Source: Candidatus Stahliibacteriota bacterium CG08_land_8_20_14_0_20_40_26
GTDB lineage: Bacteria > Hydrothermota > UBA3073
NCBI GenBank assembly: GCA_002774315.1
Contig: PEYP01000026.1
Coordinates: forward strand, 1-42,284
Direction: 5' to 3'
DNA: 42,284 nt
Both the position numbers and the translations under genes were made by a program. Position 1 is the first letter of the stretch. Every line of letters begins with the position of its first letter. The notes under the pieces were generated by a model, which worked only from the letters and a program-made list of their open reading frames with translations, searched no databases and was not told the DNA's origin. Positions 1 through 9,847 of the stretch are shown piece after piece.

Positions 1-892
1 CGGAAAGCATTCTCTCCAGAGCCACCCTCGCCCTTTCCATAATATCCTCTTGAATTGTTACTTCATATACCTCGTCTTCGATGGAGTGGAGAACATCTTC
101 TACCCTTGTCTTCTTCATATCCCTGCACATTCTTGGAGGACCAAGGGAATAAAACCTCTTTTCGGGATTTTCCCTTTTGAGTCTTGCTATTAACCCCTCT
201 TCGGTTCCAACGACTATAACCCTCTTATCGGTCTTTTTCGCAAAATATACCATTCCATTTGTAGAGAGCACCTCATCTGCCAGATCAATCACCTCTTTCC
301 TGCATTCTGGATGGACTATCACAGCTGCATCTGGATACTTCTCCTTCGCCCTGATTACATCCTCCTTCTTGAACCTTTCATGCACATAACAGAAACCATT
401 GTAGGGTATTACCTCTTTATCAGTAAATCTTGACACCCAGTTTGCAAGATTCCTGTCAGGAACAAATATTATTCTCTTTGCATCAATGCTATTTACAACC
501 TTTGCTGCGTTTGCAGATGTGCAGCATATATAACTTTCTGCCTTTATTTCAGCAGTTGTGTTTACATAGGAGACAACCTTTGCATCGGGGTACTTCCTCT
601 TCATATACGCCAGTTCGGAGGGCGTTATCATCTCTGCCATTGGACATCCGGCAGACTTCCTTGTGAGAAGGACTTTCTTTTTTGGAGAGAGTATCTTTGC
701 TGTCTCTGCCATAAACCTCACACCTGCAAACACGATAATTCTGGCGTCTGTCTTCTGTGCCCTTCTTGAAAGGTCTAATGAATCACCTAGAAAATCGGCA
801 ACCTCCTGCACTTCTGGAATTTGATAGTTGTGCACAAGTATAACTGCATCCTTCTCTCTTTTTAGCTTCTCTATCTTCTCTTTTATGTTCAT
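1..892 (-). CDS. nadA: quinolinate synthase NadA (3' end runs off the window)
   Basis: My own reverse-strand translation from the ATG at 892-890 gives MNIKEKIEKLKREKDAVILVHNYQIPEVQEVADFLGDSLDLSR... with later SAGCPMAEM and VHPEC motifs typical of NadA. It is absent from the ORF track because it is open at the window edge. Confidence 0.85.
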   Translation of the reverse strand, partial: MNIKEKIEKLKREKDAVILVHNYQIPEVQEVADFLGDSLDLSRRAQKTDARIIVFAGVRFMAETAKILSPKKKVLLTRKSAGCPMAEMITPSELAYMKRKYPDAKVVSYVNTTAEIKAESYICCTSANAAKVVNSIDAKRIIFVPDRNLANWVSRFTDKEVIPYNGFCYVHERFKKEDVIRAKEKYPDAAVIVHPECRKEVIDLADEVLSTNGMVYFAKKTDKRVIVVGTEEGLIARLKRENPEKRFYSLGPPRMCRDMKKTRVEDVLHSIEDEVYEVTIQEDIMERARVALERMLS

Positions 893-1066
893 CTCATCTC
901 CAGGCTTACCAAGATTTCAGATTGTAGATTGCAGATTTTAGATTACGAACCACTGATTACTATTTACCGATTACGGTTCGGCTGAGTTCACCGAAGACTG
1001 ATTACCGGTAACCGATAACCAATACTTTGTGGTCGTCTTTCAATTCACCACCGAGACACAAAGACT

Positions 1067-2068
1067 TTATATTTCTTTTTCTTTATGTTCTTCGTGTCCT
1101 TCGTGCCTTAGTGGTGGAACCGTGCCTTTGCGGTGCGATCCCAACAGTATCGCCAATCTTATTGCTTCTTCCATACTACCGGGGTCTGCAATACCCTTAC
1201 CTGCAATATCATAGGCAGTACCATGTGATGGAGAGGTGCGCAGGAAAGGAAGCCCAAGCGTTATATTCACCGCTCTCTCAAATTCAAGCAATTTCAGGGG
1301 AATGAGCCCCTGGTCATGGTACATTGCAATAAAGGCATCAAAGCCACACCTGGCTTGCTTGACAGCAGTCAGGTAGGCTGTATCTGGTACAAGGGGGCCC
1401 TCTACATCTATCCCATCCTTTTTTGCCAATCTAATCGCAGGCAGTATAATTTTCCCCTCTTCATCTCCTATATTTCCACCCTCCCCAGCGTGTGGATTTA
1501 GCGCCAAAACACCAATAACTGCTCTTTCCCTTACTTGCAATACCTTCCAGTATCTTAAGAGAAACTCGTACGTCAATGTTATCGTATCGTATACCCTCTG
1601 GATTGATAACTTCTTACTCACCATAGACAGGGGGATGTGACGAGTTACAAGGGCTATATTTATCTTCTTGCTGTAAAAGAACATAGCATATCTTTGAACC
1701 TTAAATGCATCTGCAAGCATTTCTGTATGTCCTATAAAATTATAGCCAGCCATAGAGATCGCCTCTTTACTTACAGGGGCAGTCACAAGTGCGGTGATTC
1801 TATTCTCTTTAAGCAGTTTAATCGCTTTAATGATTGTTTTGTAGGCAATCTCTCCGCTCTCCTTTGATGGTTTGCCAAAAGGTATCTCCACACTATCACC
1901 AAGATCCACTACCTCTGGTATACGGGAAATACCAAGGCTCCTTCTCTCTTTATTAATAATAGATAATGGCCCGATAAGCAGAATATTATTGTGTTCAATT
2001 GCATCTATTGCCTTCAATGCAACCTCAGGACCAATACCTGATGGATCTCCTGTGGTTATACCAATCAT
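1067..2068 (-). CDS. pdxA: 4-hydroxythreonine-4-phosphate dehydrogenase PdxA
   Basis: 333-aa ORF. It has the N-terminal GITTGDPSGIGPEV motif, NPHAGEGG, and the C-terminal SPSHGTAYDIAGKG motif, all characteristic of PdxA. The last ~20 aa are encoded by a repeat arm (see findings). Confidence 0.85.
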   Translation of the reverse strand: MIGITTGDPSGIGPEVALKAIDAIEHNNILLIGPLSIINKERRSLGISRIPEVVDLGDSVEIPFGKPSKESGEIAYKTIIKAIKLLKENRITALVTAPVSKEAISMAGYNFIGHTEMLADAFKVQRYAMFFYSKKINIALVTRHIPLSMVSKKLSIQRVYDTITLTYEFLLRYWKVLQVRERAVIGVLALNPHAGEGGNIGDEEGKIILPAIRLAKKDGIDVEGPLVPDTAYLTAVKQARCGFDAFIAMYHDQGLIPLKLLEFERAVNITLGLPFLRTSPSHGTAYDIAGKGIADPGSMEEAIRLAILLGSHRKGTVPPLRHEGHEEHKEKEI

Positions 2069-2322
2069 ATCGAGAAAAGAATTGGACGCAGATACACGCA
2101 GATTGACACAGATAAAGATATAGTAATTAAGTTATTAAGTAATTGAGTTATTGACTATCTGCATCATTGGACAATTGACCGTTTAATAACTTATTAACCT
2201 AATAACTCAATAATTTTAACATATCAGCGTTAATCTGCGTCAGAAAATAATTAACACAGATTTTGCAGATTAAAATATTTTTCTTATCTGTGAAATCCGT
2301 GGCTTATTTTTGAACTTTGATT

Positions 2323-2340
2323 CCTGACTGCCGTCAGGCA
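2323..2340. repeat. REP-like palindrome (CCTGAC-TGCC-GTCAGG variant)
   Basis: CCTGACTGCCGTCAGGCA. Confidence 0.7.
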
Positions 2341-2345
2341 AGTTG

Positions 2346-4388
<2,043 letters not shown>

Positions 4389-4473
4389 TTACTGTCAAAG
4401 GATTGCCCTACTCTTTTTCTTCTATATTATTTTTCACAGTATCTGAATTGTGGTTTGTCCTATGGCTTTTTAT

Positions 4474-4502
4474 AGTATATCATAAAAAAGACGCTTTGTC
4501 AA
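4474..4502 (-). promoter_or_regulatory. sigma70-type promoter for ligA
   Basis: On the reverse strand: TTGACA, 17-nt spacer, TGaTATACT (extended -10). Confidence 0.6.
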
Positions 4503-4514
4503 GAAATTTTGCAC

Positions 4515-4543
4515 TTGACATGCTACAGAAGATGTGATATAAT
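4515..4543 (+). promoter_or_regulatory. sigma70-type promoter directed toward pcm
   Basis: TTGACA (4515-4520), 17-nt spacer, TGaTATAAT (-10 at 4538-4543). It sits back-to-back with the ligA promoter. Confidence 0.6.
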
Positions 4544-4756
4544 GTATTATGTGGAATGTGAAATGTGTGATGTTGTAGCTGTAGGGGTTTAATGCATTAA
4601 ACCCCTACAAACGAATAGAAGACGCTGTTCTGGATTCAATTTGCGCAACTTAAAAGTTGCGACTACCAGGTTGAAATCTGACTTTTTGCACAGCCTGTCC
4701 CGGTCGCGACAGGGGTTAGGTGGCAGGATCGTGTGTTATGTGGCAGGTGTTAGGTG

Positions 4757-4847
4757 ATAGGTAGGGGCGAACTGCAGTTCGCCCGTACAATTGTCAGTTG
4801 ATAGGTAGTAGGGGCGAACTGCAGTTCGCCCGTACAATTGTCAATTG
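4757..4847 (+). repeat. direct repeat of about 45 bp, two copies, each with a GGCGAACTGCAGTTCGCC palindrome
   Basis: ATAGGTA(GTA)GGGGCGAACTGCAGTTCGCCCGTACAATTGTCA(G/A)TTG occurs twice in tandem. Confidence 0.85.
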
Positions 4848-4861
4848 ACCAGGGGGGAAGT

Positions 4862-5545
4862 ATGGCGAATATACTCGCCCTTATTATTTTCATGCTTGGA
4901 GGGACAAATAATTATGCCCTGAGTAGGGAGAGGATGGTTGAGGAACAGATTGTAAAAAGGGGAATAACCGATGAGAAAGTGATAGACGCAATGGGAAAGG
5001 TCCCGAGAGAGGAGTTTGTGCCTGACAACTATAAACCCTATGCATACATAGATTCTCCCCTCCCGATAGGATATGAACAGACAATATCACAGCCATTTAT
5101 CGTTGCCCTGATGACCTACCTTATTGACCTTGAAGGAGGGAAAAAAGTGCTGGAGATTGGGACTGGAAGTGGTTATGGCGCAGCAGTACTCGCAGAGATA
5201 GCGGAAGAGGTCTATACAATAGAGATACTTAAGCCACTCGCAGAGACTGCAGAGGAAAGACTTACGAGACTTGGATACGATAATATAAAGGTGAGGTGCG
5301 GAGATGGCTTCTTCGGTTGGGAGGACTATGCTCCTTATGACGCCATTGTTGTGACCTGTGCTCCGGGCTATATTCCCCGACCTCTCGTGGACCAATTAAA
5401 GATCGGGGGTAAGATGATTATCCCTGTAGGAGAATCCTTTCAGGAGCTTCTTCTGGTTACGAAAACCGAAGAAGGAATTAAGGAGGAGAGTATTATACCT
5501 GTCAGGTTTGTGCCTATGAAGGGGGAGGCGGAGAAGAGAAAGTAG
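4862..5545 (+). CDS. pcm: protein-L-isoaspartate O-methyltransferase
   Basis: Same frame as ORF-track entry 4838..5545. The ATG at 4862 is preceded by AGGGGGGAAG, whereas the TTG at 4838 lies inside a repeat. Motifs TISQPFIVALM and VLEIGTGSGY are present. The N-terminus is hydrophobic (MANILALIIFMLGG). Confidence 0.85.
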   Translation: MANILALIIFMLGGTNNYALSRERMVEEQIVKRGITDEKVIDAMGKVPREEFVPDNYKPYAYIDSPLPIGYEQTISQPFIVALMTYLIDLEGGKKVLEIGTGSGYGAAVLAEIAEEVYTIEILKPLAETAEERLTRLGYDNIKVRCGDGFFGWEDYAPYDAIVVTCAPGYIPRPLVDQLKIGGKMIIPVGESFQELLLVTKTEEGIKEESIIPVRFVPMKGEAEKRK

Positions 5546-5582
5546 GCAGTAAGCAGTAAGCAGTAAGTAGTAGGTAGTAGAG
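5544..5582 (+). repeat. heptamer word repeat (GCAGTAA/GTAGTAG)
   Basis: GGCAGTAAGCAGTAAGCAGTAAGTAGTAGGTAGTAG lies between pcm and ddl. Confidence 0.8.
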
Positions 5583-5595
5583 AATAGGAGAGTGT

Positions 5596-6555
5596 ATGAG
5601 AGAGGATATATGTATAGCAGTTGTGTGTGGTGGTAAGTCGAGAGAGTGTGAGGTATCAAGAGTATCTGGAAGATGCGTCGCAGGGGCGCTTGAGAAGAAC
5701 TACAGGAACGTGATTATTGTGGAACTCGACGAATCTATAGGCAAAAGTTTGACAGAAAACAGAGTGGATGTTGTTTTTCCTGTCTTGCATGGTGTTCCCG
5801 GAGAGGATGGAACATTTCAGGGGTTCCTCGATGTGCTCGGTATTCCATACGTTGGCAGTGGTGTGCTCGCGAGTGCTTATGCAATAGACAAAGTTGTGGC
5901 AAAGGCTATATTTACAAAATACGGACTCCCTGTTGCTCCTGATATGGTGATTGAAAAGACAAAGTGCCCATCAGTTAAGGATATTATAGATAAGGTTGGA
6001 TATGATGTTGTGGTCAAACCTGCAGGAGAAGGGTCAGCCATCGGGGTTACATTCTGCAGGAACGAAAGAGAGATTGATAAGGCAGTGAGAAAGGCATTCA
6101 ATTACGGAGATAAGGTTCTCGTGGAGAAGAGGATAGAGGGAAAAGAGATTACAGTTGGTATACTTGAAAGAAACAATATAGAGGCATTACCGGTTGTAGA
6201 GGTCCGCACGCCAGAGGGAAGCTGGTATGATTTTGAGCACCGCTACACACCCGGACTCTCTGAGCATATCATTCCTGCTCTTCTGCAGAAGGATATATAT
6301 AAAAGGGTCCAGAAACTCGCTATAATGGCACATAAGGTGCTCTCCTGTCGCGACCTTTCGAGGGTTGACTTTGTTGTTCCTGATGGGGGAGAGCCTATTA
6401 TTCTGGAGGTAAATACAATCCCTGGCATGACACCTACAAGTCTATACCCCGATGCCGCTCGTGCCTTTGGAATCTCCTTTCAAGAACTCGTCGCATATCT
6501 TGTGGAAAGGGCGATAGGAAGAGCGCAAGGTATAGTAAAAAAAAACAATTCATGA
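5596..6555 (+). CDS. ddl: D-alanine--D-alanine ligase
   Basis: 319 aa with LHGVPGEDGTFQGFLDVLGIPYVGSGVLASA and the ATP-grasp C-terminus (RVDF...EVNTIPGMT). Confidence 0.9.
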   Translation: MREDICIAVVCGGKSRECEVSRVSGRCVAGALEKNYRNVIIVELDESIGKSLTENRVDVVFPVLHGVPGEDGTFQGFLDVLGIPYVGSGVLASAYAIDKVVAKAIFTKYGLPVAPDMVIEKTKCPSVKDIIDKVGYDVVVKPAGEGSAIGVTFCRNEREIDKAVRKAFNYGDKVLVEKRIEGKEITVGILERNNIEALPVVEVRTPEGSWYDFEHRYTPGLSEHIIPALLQKDIYKRVQKLAIMAHKVLSCRDLSRVDFVVPDGGEPIILEVNTIPGMTPTSLYPDAARAFGISFQELVAYLVERAIGRAQGIVKKNNS

Positions 6556-7650
6556 AAGTGCTGCTTTTTCGTATTCTTTTAACAGAGTTTCAATGAGTTC
6601 TTTAACAGAAATAATTCTGTCTGTTTTGTAAGCATTGGTTCCCGCAAATGCAAATCCATTTTCAAAGTTCCCCTTCTTGGCATTAGTCAGCGCAAGTGCA
6701 ATACAGTAAGGCGAATTTTTAAAATCACAGGCCCTTATACACCTCCAGGGGCATTTAAAGGGCATTTTAATTCCTGCTTCCACATCCTCAAGAAATTTGT
6801 TCCTTATTGCTCTCCCGGGTAATCCAACGGGGCTGTCAATTATGATAAGGTCATCTTCTTTACATTTCAGATATGCTTCCTTGAATTCTATGGAGGCATC
6901 GCACTCGTGGGTCGCAACAAACCTGGTTGCCATCTGCACCCCCTGAGCTCCTAATTGGATGAATTTATAAATATCCGCACCCGTATATATGCCTCCTGCC
7001 GCAATTACCGGAATACCTTTATTAAAATGCCGCTCATAGGGCTCTATCGCAGAAATTACCTCCGGCAGTATCTTCTCTACTGCATAATCGGGATCATCAA
7101 TTTGCTCCTTTTTAAATCCGAGGTGTCCACCGGCCAATGGACCCTCAACAACGACGGCATCGGGTACATAATCGTACTTTCTTGCCCAGTATTGAAATAT
7201 AAGCTTTGCTGCCCTTGCAGAGGAAACTATAGGGACAACCCTGGTAATGACTTCTTTTGCCTCATCCGGCAACAAGTTCTTGGGAACCCTCAATGGAAGT
7301 CCTGCACCAAGAAAAACCAAATCTGCGCCCTCCTCTACTGAAATCTGTACAAGGTCATAATAATCCGAAAGGGCCACCATTATGTTTACACCTATAATAC
7401 CATCTGTCATCTCCTTCGCCTTTCTTATTTCTTTCCGTAGTGCTCTTCTGTTTGCTTCCTCAAAATTCGTGTGAAAATCGGGTTCAAGCATGCCAATTCC
7501 CGCCGTGGCAATAACTCCAACACAACCCTTGTTTGCAACTGCCGAGGCTAAACCCGACAGAGAAATACCAACACCCATTCCACCTTGAATGATAGGTATG
7601 CTGACTTCTAAATCACCTATTCGTAATTTTGGTATTTTCTTGAAACTCAT
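6550..7650 (-). CDS. NAD(P)H-dependent flavin oxidoreductase, nitronate monooxygenase/FabK-like family
   Basis: PIIQGGMGVGIS near the N-terminus and the IPVIAAGGI pattern of a TIM-barrel FMN enzyme. I place the start at the ATG at 7650 (MSFKKIPKL...), because the longer ORF-track start would read through a repeat. The 3' end overlaps ddl convergently by 6 nt. Confidence 0.7.
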   Translation of the reverse strand: MSFKKIPKLRIGDLEVSIPIIQGGMGVGISLSGLASAVANKGCVGVIATAGIGMLEPDFHTNFEEANRRALRKEIRKAKEMTDGIIGVNIMVALSDYYDLVQISVEEGADLVFLGAGLPLRVPKNLLPDEAKEVITRVVPIVSSARAAKLIFQYWARKYDYVPDAVVVEGPLAGGHLGFKKEQIDDPDYAVEKILPEVISAIEPYERHFNKGIPVIAAGGIYTGADIYKFIQLGAQGVQMATRFVATHECDASIEFKEAYLKCKEDDLIIIDSPVGLPGRAIRNKFLEDVEAGIKMPFKCPWRCIRACDFKNSPYCIALALTNAKKGNFENGFAFAGTNAYKTDRIISVKELIETLLKEYEKAALS

Positions 7651-7730
7651 AACTTGCCTGATGCCTGCCTCTCCATACGGACCCATTGGGACCAATAGGC
7701 AAGGCAGTCAGGATATCCTCCTCACTCTAA

Positions 7731-8351
7731 CTATGGCTTTTGCCTGACTACTTTCTCTTTCTCATCTATTTCAAAATCAAAGAATACGGTTGGCACATAT
7801 TCTTTCAGTACCTTGAGTATCCGAACCGCCATCTCTCTAATCTCCCACTGTGCAGCAGGACTACCCCTTAGTTTCAATATATGGCGCCACTCTCTGAAGT
7901 TTGCCGTAATCACTATCTCGCTACAAACTGCATTTGGTAGGACGAACCTTGCATCCTCTTTTTTGATCCCAAATTCTTTCAGTTTGGAGTAAGTATCCAT
8001 CGCACTATCCATAAACTCCTTAAAAATGTGGTGTGCTTCCTTGTTGTTTTTTATGGTTTTTGGCTCAACATAATTGAAGTTTAATTCACTCACATATCTC
8101 TGGGATTGCTGTGTATAAGAACATAATCTATGCCTTACCAATTGGTGGGTAAGAGCTCTTGATACGCCACTTATCCTGAATGTCGCGCAAGCATGCTCAA
8201 GAACCGAGTGATGCCCCAATCGTATGAGCATTTTAATAAATTTCTTCTCGGAATCTTTTCCCTCTCTTGCAAAAGAGAGATGTGATGTTCTACCTGCCCG
8301 CTCTATCAACTTCTCAGCATCTGGTGTTATGGATAAGAGTTCAATCTCCAT
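7731..8351 (-). CDS. thyX: FAD-dependent thymidylate synthase ThyX
   Basis: The ThyX signature RHRLCSYTQQSQRY (RHRxxSxxxxSxR) is present. The ATG at 8351 is preceded by a GGGGG Shine-Dalgarno sequence. Confidence 0.9.
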   Translation of the reverse strand: MEIELLSITPDAEKLIERAGRTSHLSFAREGKDSEKKFIKMLIRLGHHSVLEHACATFRISGVSRALTHQLVRHRLCSYTQQSQRYVSELNFNYVEPKTIKNNKEAHHIFKEFMDSAMDTYSKLKEFGIKKEDARFVLPNAVCSEIVITANFREWRHILKLRGSPAAQWEIREMAVRILKVLKEYVPTVFFDFEIDEKEKVVRQKP

Positions 8352-8411
8352 CTTTACCCCCAAGGACAATATTATACCTGATTATATATTAAGAAACTAC
8401 AAAGGTGGAAA

Positions 8412-8490
8412 GTTTGTTAGTTGGTTAGTTTGTTAGTTGGTTAGTTTGTTAGTTGGTTAGTTTGTTAATTGGTTAGTTTGTTAGTTGATT
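8412..8490 (+). repeat. tandem repeat, 16-bp unit GTTTGTTAGTTGGTTA, about 4.9 copies
   Basis: I counted the units directly at 8412, 8428, 8444, 8460 (one mismatch) and 8476 (partial). Confidence 0.9.
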
Positions 8491-8547
8491 ATATAATCTG
8501 ACTGTGTTTTGCGTGCTCTATGGTTTCTTTTTTTACTGTGTTGAAAT

Positions 8548-8576
8548 ATTATACTCCATTTTCTTAAAATTGTCAA
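8548..8576 (-). promoter_or_regulatory. sigma70-type promoter for thyX
   Basis: On the reverse strand: TTGACA, 17 nt, TATAAT. It is preceded by an A/T-rich tract. Confidence 0.6.
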
Positions 8577-8798
8577 GAAAAAAGTATCTGGCCACAGTGA
8601 CTACCCATGTGGGGACAGGGCTCGTCCCTGTGCGAGATGGCGCAATTTACCACAAAGGACACAAAGTTTAAAAAATAAATAGCTTCTCTTTGTGTGCTTT
8701 GTGGTTTAAATAAAAAGAAATTCGTGCAATTTGTTAACCTGCCCTATTAGATATGGAGTTATCTAACAGGGTAAATGATATTCGTGTTTTATACTTTC
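8571..8798 (+). repeat. dispersed structured element, copy A
   Basis: Positions 8571-8737 match 40360-40535 except for one substitution and a 9-bp indel. The element contains three hairpins, including an 18-bp stem (ACCACAAAGGACACAAAG / CTTTGTGTGCTTTGTGGT). The distal part carries a CCCTATTAGAT...ATCTAACAGGG hairpin module. Confidence 0.8.
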
Positions 8799-8853
8799 TA
8801 TACAATCAAGAAACTTTTTGATTCTGTATCCTTTCTGGATTAAATCTTTTTTC

Positions 8854-8882
8854 TTGACTTTTATGGGAAAATATGGTATACT
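8854..8882 (+). promoter_or_regulatory. sigma70-type promoter firing into an ORF-free region upstream of tRNA-Ser
   Basis: TTGACT, 17 nt, TGgTATACT. Confidence 0.6.
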
Positions 8883-9035
8883 CTATGCATGAGATTTCAA
8901 ATCCAACTTGCAAATCAGGTTCTTCTCCAATTTAGTGGGTAGAATACCTGTCTGCCGATAGGTAGATAGGGACAAACTCCCTTGAATTCTTACTCTTTGA
9001 ATATTTGTATATAAAACCGTCCACTTAGAGCATTT

Positions 9036-9080
9036 GCCTGTCTACCCTGCCTACCGGCAGGCAGGCGACAGGTAGATAGG
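9036..9080. repeat. compound REP-like palindrome
   Basis: GCCTGTCTACC-CTGCCTACCGGCAGGCAGG-CGACAGGTAGATAGG. The core CCTGCCTACCGGCAGGCAGG is at 9046-9065. Confidence 0.75.
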
Positions 9081-9114
9081 CACAGATTCAATCTGTGCTG
9101 GCACGATTTGAAAT

Positions 9115-9134
9115 CCTGACTGCCGTCAGGCAGG
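9115..9134. repeat. REP-like palindrome
   Basis: CCTGACTGCCGTCAGGCAGG. Confidence 0.75.
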
Positions 9135-9252
9135 CGTGCCTACATTTTTGAAAGCCATTTCCGAAAAAGCCGCGCTTATGAAATGAAAAATGAGTTATTT
9201 CTTAAATACAAAAAGCCATGTTGTTAAGCCTGTACAACTTTTGGTCAGTATT

Positions 9253-9273
9253 CCTTGCCTACCGGCAGGCAGG
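9253..9273. repeat. REP-like palindrome
   Basis: CCTTGCCTACCGGCAGGCAGG. Confidence 0.75.
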
Positions 9274-9396
9274 TGAACCCACTAAATTGAAGAAGAACCA
9301 CAAATCATAAACAAATTCCAATATTTAAGTTCAAAAAAATCAAGGCTTATAAATTTGGTCACTGGGATTCGGATATTGCTTATTATTTGGAGTTTG

Positions 9397-9412
9397 CCTG
9401 CCGGTAGGCAGG
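9397..9412. repeat. REP-like palindrome (opposite orientation)
   Basis: CCTGCCGGTAGGCAGG. Confidence 0.75.
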
Positions 9413-9466
9413 GTGCTTGGGATTTGTTTGATTTTTGGTGCTTGATATTTGGAATTTATATAATTA

Positions 9467-9556
9467 GGAGAGGTGTCCGAGTTGGCCGAAGGAGCACGAC
9501 TGGAAATCGTGTCCTCGCCGAAACGCGGGGCGCGGGTTCGAATCCCGCCCTCTCCG
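9467..9556 (+). tRNA. tRNA-Ser (anticodon GGA), long variable arm, no encoded CCA
   Basis: The acceptor stem GGAGAGG pairs with CCTCTCC. The anticodon stem-loop is CACGA-CTGGAAA-TCGTG. There is a long variable arm, and the T arm is CGGGTTCGAATCCCG. Confidence 0.9.
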
Positions 9557-9847
9557 GAATAAAATCGGGTGATCAGTTATCGGTGTAGAGCGGAAGGATA
9601 AAGGATAAAGGAAAAAGGATAAATGACTAATGACCAATGACTAATGACGATCACTGATTACCGATCACTGATTATCCGCAGGATCCGTATGGATAAACAA
9701 GGAGAAATGGCGAAATTTTGTAAGTCAACATGTAGGGCACGGTTTTAACCGTGCTGGCACAAATTGAATTTGTGCCTACAATTTGAAATAAATCCGTGTT
9801 AATCAGTGTAAATCTGCGTCCCCAGTGTCGCCAACATAATTCAGACT

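Noticed and set aside
8412-8490. Possible CRISPR array
   Set aside because: The 16-bp units are directly tandem with no spacers. No repeat-spacer periodicity or cas genes appear anywhere in the window.
9355-9588. 77-aa ORF in the supplied track
   Set aside because: It reads straight through palindromic repeats and the tRNA-Ser gene (9467-9556). It has no RBS, so it is a translation artefact.
9557-9847. tRNA-Ser as an integration site for a mobile element
   Set aside because: There is no integrase, no duplicated copy of the tRNA 3' end anywhere in the window, and the next gene is an ordinary HAD hydrolase.
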